Positions 1 to 12,485 of a DNA stretch of 64,000 nucleotides are shown here, piece after piece. A program made the translations under genes and the position numbers. The notes beneath the pieces were generated by a model. That model was not told where the DNA came from. It made no database searches and worked only from the letters and a program-made list of their open reading frames with translations. How positions within the stretch are numbered: the first letter of the stretch is position 1; each line of letters opens with the position of its first letter. The stretch spans positions 135,390 to 199,389 of the forward strand of contig NMRA01000355.1 of the NCBI GenBank assembly GCA_002633005.1, written 5' to 3'. Source of the stretch: Phoronis australis. Lineage: Eukaryota > Animalia > Phoronida.

Positions 1-39
1 CAAGCCACTCCCGTGACGCGGTGCGCAGTACCAGGCCAG

Positions 40-230
40 TCAGGATATAGTTTTGCAGCTACTGGACGCTATAACTACTCAATTGCAAAAGTTAAACAAA
101 CTTGACGAGCTGATGAGCTGGAAGTGAAAGCAATGAATGTTACAGTGAACGATCTTAATTCTACAATGACATGAGCTGGAAAATGAAAACACTACGCTCA
201 AGCATCAAATTCAAATCTAGAAGAAAAAAA
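40..230 (+). mobile_element. Possible decayed LINE ORF1 coiled-coil fragment
   Basis: Frameshifted heptad-like peptides QDIVLQLLDAITTQLQKLNKLDEL / EVKAMNVTVNDLNS / ELENENTTLKHQI. Confidence 0.3.
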
Positions 231-469
231 GACTAATTAGAGTGCCAATCTCGCCGTAATTAGTTCCCACGTCTATTTCTTCAGCCCGGACCACGCCACC
301 GTATTCTCACTGTTTGTGACAGTGAATCGCCCGGAATTCCTGTGACGGCCTTATACTGCCTTGGCAACTATATACATGTATAACTCGCCGTGACAAGCAA
401 ACTTGACCAAAGCAATGATGGTCATTTATTTCTTCCCAAGTAATCTCAGTTAGAAACAACATGAGGCCG

Positions 470-1050
470 CTCGCTGGTTCCCTACGTGCCTAGCCAGCAC
501 GCAGATCACGCAGTGGCACGCGCTTTAGCATTGGTTGATGTAACCTCAGCAGTCATTGGTTAGCTTTACAACACAGTGAAAAAATGGCGGATTATGAACA
601 ATTTTAGCCTTGTCATTCAACAGGCGTCGCAGCAACTATGATGTTTAATAGCCGCGTGCTTGAAGCACATACACTGTACATGTACAATAAACACATACCT
701 GGCCGATTTAACGGTGTGTTAGGCCCATTCATGCTGTATGAATACAGTATCGTAAACAAAAGTCATTGACAGTAGAAAGATGCGCTCCGGAAAGGCGCAA
801 CCACAATTTCCAGGATTCACACGTTCCTGAACATAAATTTTAAGCACCGATTTGTCTAGTGCCCAACAGACCACATCTATACTTCAGTCCGTCAGTTATG
901 CCAGTTTGTTTGAGTAAAGGGCTGCCAGTTGAGAATTCGACTAGCCAATCACAAACGCCGGAGTAAAACAATTCCCCGAGGAAAATTAAGTAAATTCCTG
1001 TGTGCTGCCTACCGATCACCTACAGTAGCGGCACGCAGGGAACCAGCGAG
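470..1050. mobile_element. 581-bp MITE with 21-bp TIRs and a long perfect TSD
   Basis: TIR CTCGCTGGTTCCCTACGTGCC / GGCACGCAGGGAACCAGCGAG; CATGAGGCCG duplicated at 460-469 and 1051-1060. Confidence 0.85.
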
Positions 1051-2564
1051 CATGAGGCCGCTGTAAGAAGCTTAAAGAAAATTGGGTTCTCACGGTAGTC
1101 GGCGAGGGCGTGTTCCTTCTTTAGTTGAGAATAGCGGTGTAGCCGAATTTGTGAGTACACGTATTATAATTTACACTCACAAAATCCGATGGCTGAGCTC
1201 GTGTCATTTGCGTCTTACTACGCGGTAATAGCATCAACTATGTTATTGGTAGACTGGATAACAGTAGCTATAATAGCCAAAGTCAAAGTGGCACAAACCT
1301 GTGAAGTGGGAATTGCAGTTTAGCGAATAGAAGGTCAATAAAAAACACACGTGGATTGTAGTGATTGGAGCCTGTTACGAGTATTGCGGCCTGAATGAAG
1401 GGCGCGAGTTGTAGAGTAAACGAGACAAACGGTCTGAGTGGCAAGCACAAGAGGTTTAACAAGGTGGATTAATTAAAATTTTTAAAACAACCCAGCACTT
1501 GAACCGCTCTGATCCAGTGAACTTCGTGCACTGAGTGTGTGTTTATATGAGACGTGTCACTTATCCATCGCAAATTCCTCACGACAAAGTAAAGCATCAG
1601 TTTCCAATAAAAATCCCCAAAAATGTTCAGAGCAATGGTAAATTGCAATGTTAATTGAAATAACCCCAGCCCTACCAAAGGAGTTAGATCACAGGAGAAA
1701 CCCTGGATTAGGGTTTTTCAATGACGCGAAGTCTAAATAGAACCTTTTCATTGTATTCGTTCTCTAAAAGGATTGACATTTTACTTTGAATTCTCAGCTG
1801 CACAGCCTCCTCGAAAACAGTGACATATACATTGTAACCGACACCGGATTAAACAGCAACTAATATTTTTGATCTAAGTAACGTTGTATCATAGTTCCTT
1901 TCCATTTTAAAGCCTCTTGGACTCTAAAAGTTTTATAATTCTGCAATTTCCTTTCAAACAATGACCAGTGTAATTTTTCCATCTCAAAGGGATTCGATTA
2001 AGTGAAAATCCATATTAAGAGGTGACGTATTTGAAGATGCACTCCGTCGTATCTACAGAATTTAATTGAAAATCAATTTACCAATCCATAAACTAGTAGT
2101 GACGTTAGTCTTCCGCGATAAGTCACGTATCTGGAATATCGACGGCCTCAATTGATTACTAAATCAACATGGATTCATCTGTATGGAGAAATGGTTTGGA
2201 GTTCGTTTTGCAATCATTATTAAAACATATTGTTTCACGTTTCCTAGGACTGCCACGCAGTGGCAGCCGGCACACCAACCGCCTTGAGTGGTCGGTCGGA
2301 GATCCTCCGCTAACTGAAAGTTGACAGCTAACAAAAAGCGTATACGCGAATAAGATGAACTAAGATCACATTTATCCGTCTATAAACATTGAGCTTTTTG
2401 CGTTTTTGCCCATTTACGAAGAAGATAAAGCTACACGCACTCCTATAACCAACACAATTTACATGGCTATAAATGTACGCAAACAAATTCTGTTGCCAAC
2501 CACTTTGTTTCACAATCTTACGACTTAATTCTCGGTCAACTGAACCGGCTCTTCGCCCTGTTTA

Positions 2565-2649
2565 CATGGGCGGCGCAGCACTGAAAAAAGTGGAGGCTAT
2601 AACCAGCCCCCCCACCCCCNCCCCCCCCCCCTACTGTGCGCCGCCCATG
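2565..2649. mobile_element. CA..TG mini-MITE, 5-bp TSD GTTTA
   Basis: TIR CATGGGCGGCGCA / TGCGCCGCCCATG; same family as 17193-17358. Confidence 0.8.
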
Positions 2650-3326
2650 GTTTAGGTGGCTGGAAACGAGGCCTTAAAGTGCGTCTCGTAATATTCCTTA
2701 CTATCGAAGGGTTTGATTTCATTTCAGCTACCACAAACAAAAAATCGGAATCATCACTGAGCTACAGAGGTGACTGGGGTTGGTCACACATATAGTTGGG
2801 GTTCACGAATAGCGAATATCCACATTGCCAGTCTTTTACCAGACTTGACGACTCATTAAGCAACGGCACGAGATCGGACGGTGGTGGTAAAGTTTTTAAA
2901 CCCAAAGCGATCCAGTTGTAAAGTCGACATTGGAGGCTGAACAACTGGCAAATGCAGCTTCAGTTTACCTTAAACGCTGAATGACGTGTAATTATACATG
3001 TATTGTTGTCGTCACGCCAATATACATGTATATTTGTAGTCAATTATACTATTGGAAAATTGTTTGGATTATTCAATCATTCGCAAAGTAAACCAGTTAC
3101 AGCACACTGAAACACGTCCGTTGGCTTTCCGTATTGCAGGTTGCCGAGGTGGTGCAGGCCTATTGAATACCAAAGTACGCCAGAATCACACCTATGTGAT
3201 AACCTAAAGGTTCTCTAGCATTTCTCCACCGAACACAATTTTTCTGGCAATTAGTTGATTATTTCAGCCATGCCAGAAAACGCTTTGTCGGCGTCAAGAT
3301 GTCAGAATTCATAGAAATCAACTTAC

Positions 3327-3465
3327 CAGACTGCATTGTAAAAATGACAAAAGAACTCGTAAGGATCCACGTAGCGTCGTCCCAACTAATGTGCGAGAAA
3401 GGAGACTCCAGTCGACTGGAATTGGCAGATTCCGACAAGTTCATCGTCTGATTACGATCCAACAT
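3327..3465 (-). CDS. Amt: First coding exon of tandem Amt paralog B (MLDRNQTMNLSESANSSRLESPFSHISWDDATWILTSSFVIFTMQS-G); remaining exons lie beyond position 1
   Basis: Peptide nearly identical to gene A exon 1, with mostly synonymous DNA differences. Same phase-1 donor G|GTAAGT. Alternative start ATG at 3444. Confidence 0.85.
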
Positions 3466-3616
3466 TGTACGCCTGTTCAAAATGAAAAGTCTTTTTCACA
3501 AGACAAATTGCAAAATAACCGAGGAGTCATTATCTAACATTGATTCCGATCCGCCTGCGTCCACTTTCCCTGACAGTTGAACCTCCACTGCACATACGAT
3601 AACTGAAGATGCGATA

Positions 3617-3686
3617 GGCAACCTGGAACAGAGCTCGTGTGAGTCACGTGATCCCGCATAGTAGCCGCCTTGTGTTTTGATTATAA
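3617..3686 (-). promoter_or_regulatory. Putative core promoter of Amt paralog B (same module as gene A)
   Basis: On the + strand: GGCAAC 3617-3622, GTCACGTGATCC 3643-3654, GTTTTGATTATAA 3674-3686. Confidence 0.65.
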
Positions 3687-6383
3687 CATGTGTTGCGGAT
3701 CGCTACTATCGTAAACCTGTGAGTTCGATTTGAAATGAATGTGCACACTGTTGAGGGACAAGAGTGTCCACTTTAAGAGATCTCTGGGACAATTCAGACA
3801 CAAATAATTATAAATGGTTCAGTACTTGAGAACAACCTCCAGGACATAGATATACCGTAGGACGACAGTGGAAAATAAATAAGCGTTTGAACGACCTATT
3901 TCGCCAAACATCAATATGTTTTTTTCATAAAAATGAAACCATTCTCTCAACATGGAGGCATGACACTGTGAACAAGTCGCCCAATGCAAACGCTGTATTC
4001 CTGTTGCTGAATTTCAAATAGGAAACAAGTAAGTAACCTAATTTGATCAGACAAAATATCACAACCAAGTATTTTAGTTATTTATCGAAACAAGGTTTGA
4101 ACGGCAAGTTTCTAGTAAGAGTGAGCACGGTTATGGGAATGGAAAGGCAACGGGATACAAAATACTGGTACTAGCTCACTACCGCCATCTAGTGTCGTAT
4201 ATGAGTATCTTATATTTGTTTTATCAGTTTCAGTCATTTTATTACAACTTTACTAAAATGCTCAAAACACCGTACATAGTAAATAAAATGCCGCAAATCA
4301 ATCAAAAGTGTCTTGAGTATGGTAATATTTCCCTTTAAACCAAACCTGAACTCTGAGATACCTGATTTGTTTCAGGGGCGACGGTGTGTGAAAATGCCGC
4401 ATAATGAGAAAATGGAATTTGTCGTTCGTGGAACTTGATAGCGATGAATTCATTGCTAATCGATTGTAGGTTTATTAAAGAATTAATTGGTCTCGTTAGC
4501 AAACTGTGAGTTTTACATTTAACATGCTTGTTAATTAGACGGCGGCTTACTTTTACATGTACGTGTACTTTGTTCAGAGCAACACATACCAGTTTTGTTT
4601 ATTTTTCTGCAGGCAGGCAAAACATTTACTGCTCGGTTTTGCAGTGTACTCCCGCATCATGACCACATCCAAATACGACGCTATTTTGATTCTGCAATGC
4701 TGCGCAGCCGGAGTGCACGTGCCCACCTATTGCTCACTCGGCTGCTACAATATCACTCACTATACTACATCAAAATTAGTTGATTTGCCATTCAATCCTC
4801 TATTGTTAATTAAGCTTAATGCTGCTCGGTAACATAAAACATTGAAACAGACAGAAGACAGCAATTTCTACAAGAGTTGTCCGCCAGTTAGCAAATTTTT
4901 CAAACAACCCACAAAATCCTCTCTAAATAAATGCCGCCGCATGATACGTGGCAAGGAATGAAATTTTTCCCCTGAACATCTCAATTTTTATAAAAACCAC
5001 TTCAAATCCTAACACTTACAAAAACGAATCAAAATATTTCCAAGTCTGAAAATACGTTGCATACACCCACTTACCTATTAGAGGCTCTTACATCTAGTAA
5101 CTGTGACCGTCGTTATACTGCTTGGTAAAACATTTGACCCTGTCGAGCAAGTCTCGTGATATGAGATTATTTCGAAAAAAGAGATTGACAGTAAAGGCCG
5201 TAAATAATTCTTTACAGACGGATTACGTGTCTTGCAAAAGCCAAAACAAGAGTTTGAAAACATTATAAAGAACGTCGGCAAAATGCGAATTACTGAAAAT
5301 ACGTAACATTTGGCGCTACGCCGTAGCACTACGGAAACGGCAAAATTACGTAGCGAATATGTAATTCCCGAATTGGCTGACGTGTGTGATACCGTGAACA
5401 TATACATATAAGGAAGTTGAAGCGTTAGCACTTTTTGAGCAACCAATGTAGAAATCTTTTGGAGGTTTCCTAGTATCCCGGATGTATCCCAATGTTCATC
5501 CTGTAGAACTCGTAGAGAGTTGAAGTGGGAGCAAGTTAGTATAACCAACCTCTGTTTTCATTCTTGAATCTGAACTTCGTTACTGAGGTTTTAAAATTTT
5601 GAATAGTTATCCTGCCCATCCTGTTGCTCTGTGAAGTATAAGGGTGGGTTCCGTCAACAAAAGACGCGCAAAAAGCACAGTCGTACAAGACCACGCAAAA
5701 TTACGGGCAGGAGAGGCATATGCTTCGTAAGCACGCTGGGGACCTTCCTGATTTGATTAGTACGCGAGTTGATATATGGGATAGGCCATTCCTTATTTTT
5801 AGCTAGTTCCAGATTTCGTTATTGCCTGAGATGTGAGTTGTCATTAAAATGACACGGGTAAAATATCCTCTCCGCTGCATTTGTCTTTTACTTTTAATTA
5901 AGAGTTATCGGCAAGATTCCGTTTAAGCTCGATCTCTGGGTATATTGACATGATGTCACCTACAAATGCAAAGTTGTCTTGGTGTTATACCTCTCACTGA
6001 TAAGAACAAAATAATAAACATAACGGTGTTTCTCGACGGACCTTTAACTGCCAAAATAAGGACACCTATAAGGCTAGAGAACTCACGTGACTTTCCAAAT
6101 AGGAAAGTCCTTGTAGTGAGTATACAGAACGAGGCTACCATAAGCGAATGTTTGAAGCAACATTACAAGTATCTCTAAATCGTCTTAAATTTACAAAACA
6201 CAACCCTGATAAAGAACTGATGCTCATCATGGCAACGCGTAGGTAATTAACTGCCCCCTCTATTCAGCATGTAGAGAATTTCTCACTTACACTGGTGACC
6301 GCTCTTTACGATGCCTATTCAACACGCCCTTTGCAATGAAGTAGATCCGCGCTAATGAGGTTGAAAGGTAATTGCTAGTATTA

Positions 6384-7370
6384 TAGCCTGCAACTCTGGA
6401 GAGTGGATTTAACTTGGAACATTATAAATATTACAAAATGACTAAAAATGTTGACTTGTGTTTATCTTCACAAAGGGCCACTTCCCAAAGGAACGATACG
6501 TTTCATATTGGTTTTCTTTATTTAATTTTTAATGCTTCTGCCCACTTGTTTTGTTTTTTTTTCTTGCCGGGAACGGGTTGGTATCTTTCTATCTAAGTTT
6601 TGAACTTGAAGTACCAAAACAGTGGTAGATTTTGATCGTTATGAGCCCATCCCTAAACTTACAACTTACCACGTAACAGGTACACTAAACATTTTACGTG
6701 TCATTACAGTTTAATCTTTATTAGAACTCAAATTATAAATTATATACAAAAGTGCAAATACGGTGAAAACCAAACTGAAGATTTGGAATCTCTGGGCAAT
6801 TTCGGTGGCACTGACAACATAATTATTCTAGCTCTTTGTCAGTAATAAAAAAATGAAAAGTTGGCACAACAGCTGTTTCCTGGTCAAAAATCTGGTTTAA
6901 CGAGATTGAAAGAATATTAAAAAATGAATCCATGTGATATTGTTAACTCTAATCAGCGTCTGTATATCCACCGAGTATATCAATACGCGCCGTAGTTTAT
7001 CTTCAATCGCACCCAATGGTTGTAGTTTTTACATTATTATTTCATCGATTTTTAAAAATCAAAAACCGTACTTGGTTGGTTTTTTCCAGCTGAATACGGC
7101 CGTGGTGTTCGTTTATAACGAAAATTAGTGGTTGATGCATTTTGAAAATTCGCCATTATGTACAGTCAGAGATGTCTAATACAGTCTATGGTCGGATAAT
7201 TACATTTCACTGAGTCTTGCTCGCATCGGGCAATGCGGACATCACAGTTGTGATTCCGGCACAGCGCTCTCTTTGATCCTGGTACAAGCCGCTCAGAAGG
7301 ACGAGCGGTGAAAATTCCCGCATATCTTTAGAAATGCGTGACTTCCTTGTAAGCGTATTATTCACGGTAT
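6384..7370 (+). mobile_element. ~1-kb non-autonomous element, copy 1 (TAGCCTGCAA terminus, possibly Academ-derived)
   Basis: Colinear inverted homology to 37905-38913 along its whole length. Confidence 0.8.
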
Positions 7371-9590
7371 GGAGGGCGGACAGCGTATTAAAGGGGGCAC
7401 CAGGACATACAAGGCCAACGGCTTCACTTCGTCATAAACATACATGTACATGTGTACACGCAGTCAAAAACAATTAATATGTGGAATGACCCATTGCTAA
7501 AATATTGCGTGAGACCCTTTTAATTTTATCGATGAGTGACCTCATAAAACGCTGGCAAAGGAGTCGTGAAAGAGAGGCAGGTGAATAGTGGAGTTGACAA
7601 GTAAAGTAAGATAAACAAAGGTGTGCTGGCGTAACATGAATCATAATTCAAACGAAAAACGGGAGATGTGGACACCCTGCCCGGATAAGTGCATGCTTTA
7701 AAGTTATCTGACATGCCAAAAATGAACGGTGTGCAATTAAAATTTTTGAAAACCAAGGGGATCAGTGTTCGTCTCAAAAAATTACAAGCAATGGGAGGAA
7801 TAAAGTTCCAACTAGATTGTTAAAACGTGCGTAAGAATCAGATCGTAGCATCACTTGCGAGTATTTCATTGAATTTAGTGCGTTGGAGGCTGGACCCAAG
7901 ACACCACATTTCAACACCAGTGCCTCCTAGTGGTTATTAGTAACCCCATCTATTGACAACAAAACTCAGAATTGAGGAAAGCTAGCGAAGAACAATGACA
8001 TCAATTAAAACTCACTCACAATTACATGAACAGGTTGCTGTGAGACATATTGTAGCACTTAACACATAATATCGCGTGGGTGATATTAAATGCCGAGTGC
8101 GACAGTATGCCGACAGCATCAACACAAACTGCGACGCTATGTGCCGGGTTTGAAATGACAGTATTATGCCGTAAACACCGGAACATATTGTCACACCCTT
8201 AGTGAACAACATGTGCCACAACACTTGGCACATTTTAACGCCCACATTTGTGTTGAAAGGTAGTCGGATCCAAGGTATGATGAAGGAACAGAAAATTGTA
8301 AAAGGTCCAAAACTTGGCTAGTGCCTGTGTGGCAGAGCGTGGTTTTCAATGAGGTCGTAATTGTTGGCGTCTGAAGCCAGTCTCGCCTACGGAGATGTTT
8401 TTTGCAAACAGTGTAGAGGCCTTGGGATATTGAAACTCATTTTATAGCGTACCACGAGAAAGGGTCTGCATTTTCCAGATTTTGACACATGTGCGGAATA
8501 AACGTGTCTGGAAGAATTTCTACTTTTCCCGCATGTTTAACTATTGTCCGTAGATTCCAGGTTTGAATCTACGGAGAAATCGGGGCTTGGGGATCGAACA
8601 CCGGGCAAGAAAGGATTCAAATATCCAACCCCTTTAATAAACTCGATGAAAGATATTTCAAGTGCATGTTAATGATTTGAATTTCTTAACGCTCGGAGTC
8701 TGTATACGTTTTAGCCTTTTGGACTGGGCCCCGTATGTCCTAGAGTGAAAATGATTCAGATTCATCGAAATTTGAATTCACCTTACTTAAACTTGGAATT
8801 TCAGGATATCTCGTTGGCAGGTTTTTTTGAAACAAGACAAAATTTTGGGAACGCACATGATAAAAATGTGTTCAAAATGAGAATGATCGGAGCCTTGTTA
8901 TAACTGGTATTGAACTTTCCGAAGGCAATGGCCTTTTTGCAAAATGTGAGATATTTTCTCTAAGACGCCGGGTACGACAATGTATGGCGTCAACGCCAAC
9001 ACATACAAGTACAATGCATGGTCGCCCTGTTTGAGTGAAGGGGCTGAAAGCACGCGAACTGCCTTACTGAGTGTCGCTTACTGATACTCAAGCTTCATAC
9101 GATTCAGTAGGATCACAAAAACGTTTGTTCCATGGAAAGATGTAGTAGATGTTATAGAAGTACAATTGTGACCTACAGTAGTACTATCCAGCAAAGGTAA
9201 AAAATCTATGCATACATGTACATTGTACAATGTAGTTTTGGAGGACAAGACACAACAGTGTCTCCGTGTCCTGCGGTAATATTCGATGCTCTGTCACAGA
9301 AAACATTTGCCCGTTCTCGTGAAGCATGTCTAACAGTTTCCTATTACTACGTATCTTCGCAAACACCAACGTACGATTGTGAATTAGGAAAGGCGTAGTC
9401 CACTACTTTGAGTGTCAAAGAGTAACAACGCCTTCGTTTATCCTGTCACAACTGAGAGAAATGTGGAGTTCTCATTTTTGCCGTAGACACCTCAAATATG
9501 ATCTGGAATTTGATGTACTTGTTTACTTATGTGTTTTGTGTTTGAGAATAACGTCCCCAATGAATGAAAGATCAAGGAATTGTAAGTGTT

Positions 9591-9880
9591 CAGGGGCAGA
9601 TCCAGGATTTTGAGTTAGTGGGGCCAGGGCACAGGAATCACCAGAATTTCGGCAGATGCGAGAGCCCAGCCTAAAATGTAGGGATGCAGGAGGTCTCGAA
9701 TTTTTGTGTTTGCGATACTTTTGACTAAAAAAAACGGTAAACGTGTTTTTCTATTGTTTATTCACCCCCCGAGCAGGGTTGCACGTTAGTCAGCAATACG
9801 CACCCGAACTGCCAAATGGTATCTGGTAGGAATTTTGGGGGGGCATGGCCCCTTGCCCCCTCCCCCTAAAAACGCCACTG
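9591..9880. mobile_element. CAG..CTG MITE, 5-bp TSD GTGTT
   Basis: Ends CAGGGGCAGATCCAGG / CCTAAAAACGCCACTG; related to 57500-57660 and 60996-61153. Confidence 0.8.
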
Positions 9881-10949
9881 GTGTTACTGAACAACGGTCG
9901 TTCGCCTGTAAATTTCACCATCCATTTGTGAGAACATGTCAGTATGCGGTGTAACTTTAAAAAGCATACGGGCGAATTTTTGGAATAGCTAGAAAGTCGC
10001 ATTTTCTTAAGTGCATGCGGAAACTTAGATATAACTTCCGTTAACACAGTGCGCACGTAGCTCCCTTGAGATGTTACGAAAAGTTAAAATTGCCCTCGTG
10101 CCACGTTGAAAAACTGTTTCCAAAAACTCTGACTTGCTTTCACAGCTTTGCTGAAAAGTATGGACTGCTAATTTGTTCCTTGAATTGGATACTCAGGTGA
10201 TTTTTGAGAATCGATATCGCATGTCAGGATAATAGCATCTTATAGAACATTATTATACAAAACTGATGAAATTTCTTCTAATTTCGCTAATGGTGATATC
10301 AATTATATTTTATCAACGTGCTGTGGCTCGAATTTAACCTTAGAAGAACACGAAAACAACAACTCTCCTTGCGATTGTAGAGTTCAAGCATCGCTTTTGG
10401 CGAGATGTGACAGGACAATGCAGTTGAAAATTTTCGTAGAGTATACAATGAACGCAAACAGGGCTTACTTCGCACGCGGGGCATCTATTGAAAACAGTAT
10501 TCAACCTACACTGTATTACTTACAGACGGCACCATTGACATAACATTGACCGGGTGCGCGCTACTCAGATACATGAAGCTCGCGTTGTTAATAGGACGCC
10601 ATATTGGAGAGTGCTACACAGGACAAAAATGGGAGGCCTACGGCATCAATCAGAAAATTTGGGGCCTCGCAGTGTTATGCCTGCAGCCAAAGAGTTAAGT
10701 TTTTGGTCCTGTCATTGAGTCATGGGTTTTTCGGTTCGGCCATGGAGCTTAGTGGTGCTGCCAATAGGTTTTTATGTTCTGCCACCATAGTTTAAGCGGA
10801 GCGACTATGCGTTGTTTTCACATCAGTCTTGGTGATTGAGACCATATAAGGTCAATTAAAAAGACAATTATTGACCAGCATGTGCTGTTATCCAATGATG
10901 ATGCTGCTTATTAATTGTACTTAAGTAAATATTTGGTAGTAATGACAAT

Positions 10950-12485
10950 CATACGTATTTTTACTTGTACTGAAAATAACATCACCTAACTTTCTCGCCA
11001 GCCATCCACATCATCTACAAATAAATACTGTATTCTCTATTGAAATGTCAACTGCTTTAAAAACGCATTTCTTAATATATATCCCAAAATCAGATGTTTT
11101 CTGTCGTATCAAAACAAACAGAACGCTGCAAAATCAGTAATAATGTATTTTGTTATATAATTTTGTCATAGAAACTGTAAGCTCTCTTGATATTGTCTTG
11201 ATCATTTTATCGGTTATTAGATTTGTACAGTCGTTTTTGTTTTCGTCGATGTTTTCTAATAATTTTATGACTTCAGATGGTTGGGCTTGTATGTCAGAGA
11301 GATGTTCTAATGTTCTGTTGGGAAATTCTGGAAAGTTTGTTGTTGGTGCAATGTGACTCTTGGCGGTGACAAATTCTAGAAATAACTTATTTTTTCAGCT
11401 TTGGATGGCCCTTGAGTGTTGGATTCGTTTGAGTGGATGATGGGGTATGATGATTGCTTTACCTGTCCTCGAATTTCGTTTATTATATCCCAATGTTACT
11501 TAGACATTGTTGATGTTGGAGATAATTTTCATCTGATAGTGTTGTTTTGTCTTTTTAATTAGTTCTTCCACATTCTTGCACTGTTCTTTGTAGCACTTTA
11601 ACGTGCACGGGTTATTTGATTTTCTGAACGATCTGTACAGTTTATTTGTTTTATTTATTTCAGACTTAATTTTATTGTTATACCAAGGTTTGTTCTTTTT
11701 ATTGTTTTCATGGTTGATGGGATATTATCATCTAGTATATTGTAGAGTGATCGTGTGAATTGAGACTGCGTCATTTATGTCACTTTTGTTAAGTATTTCA
11801 GTCCAGTTAAATGTGGTTATGTCGGTGCGCAGTTCGCCCATGTTGATGAGGTTGTAATTCCAGGTCTTTTTGATAGAGGCGCAGTTCAGTGTGAATGTTG
11901 TTTCTATAACGTGGTGGTCTGAGTTACCAATGGGAGATCTAACAGAAGTGAATTCAATTAATCCGAGATTGTTTGCAATACATAAATCAAGGCAAGAATG
12001 TGAATACTCTCTTAAACGTGTCGGCTCGTTTATTACTTGTATACAGTCATTTGTGAGGAGAATATCGAATAATTCGAGACCGGCTTGGTTGTCATTGTCT
12101 TCTGAGTACCAAGTACTATTTCTTGCGTTGAAATCCCCGTTGATAACTATTGATTTAATAGTTTGTGAGAGTTGTTGCAATTGTTCTGAAAAGGTCTTGA
12201 AATATGCTTTCCTTTCATGGGACGTCTGTGAGGGTGAGCAATAGAAAAAACACAATATACATGTACCTTCTTGTGGTTGACATAAAGTTCAATCCAACAG
12301 TTATTCATTGATTGTATTATTTTATTATCAATTGTTTTGTAATTTACGGAGTTGTGGACAAACAAGACCAACTCCCTCCCGGCGTTAGTGTGGTAGGCAA
12401 TGTTGTATTCTGAAATAAAAAGTGCACTGAGGTTGTCTTCCGGATTCACATATGGCTATGAAAATGTAATTGTCTATAATAAAAT
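10950..12485 (-). mobile_element. Decayed CR1/L2-group LINE ORF2 (APE endonuclease and linker)
   Basis: Motifs IAICES, IVINGDFNARN, QVINEPTR, SCLDL, SDHHVI, KPWYN; stops and frameshifts present. Confidence 0.85.

Noticed and set aside
3327-3465. Alternative first exon of Amt gene A
   Set aside because: It lies downstream of the gene A stop codon in the direction of transcription, so it cannot cis-splice to exon 2. It is best read as the start of a paralog.
5078-5548. 156-aa ORF
   Set aside because: Non-ATG start, no recognisable domain and no splice context; it sits in repeat-like sequence.
8575-8610. tRNA B-box-like GTTCGATCC on the minus strand
   Set aside because: I could not find an A-box or build a cloverleaf around it.
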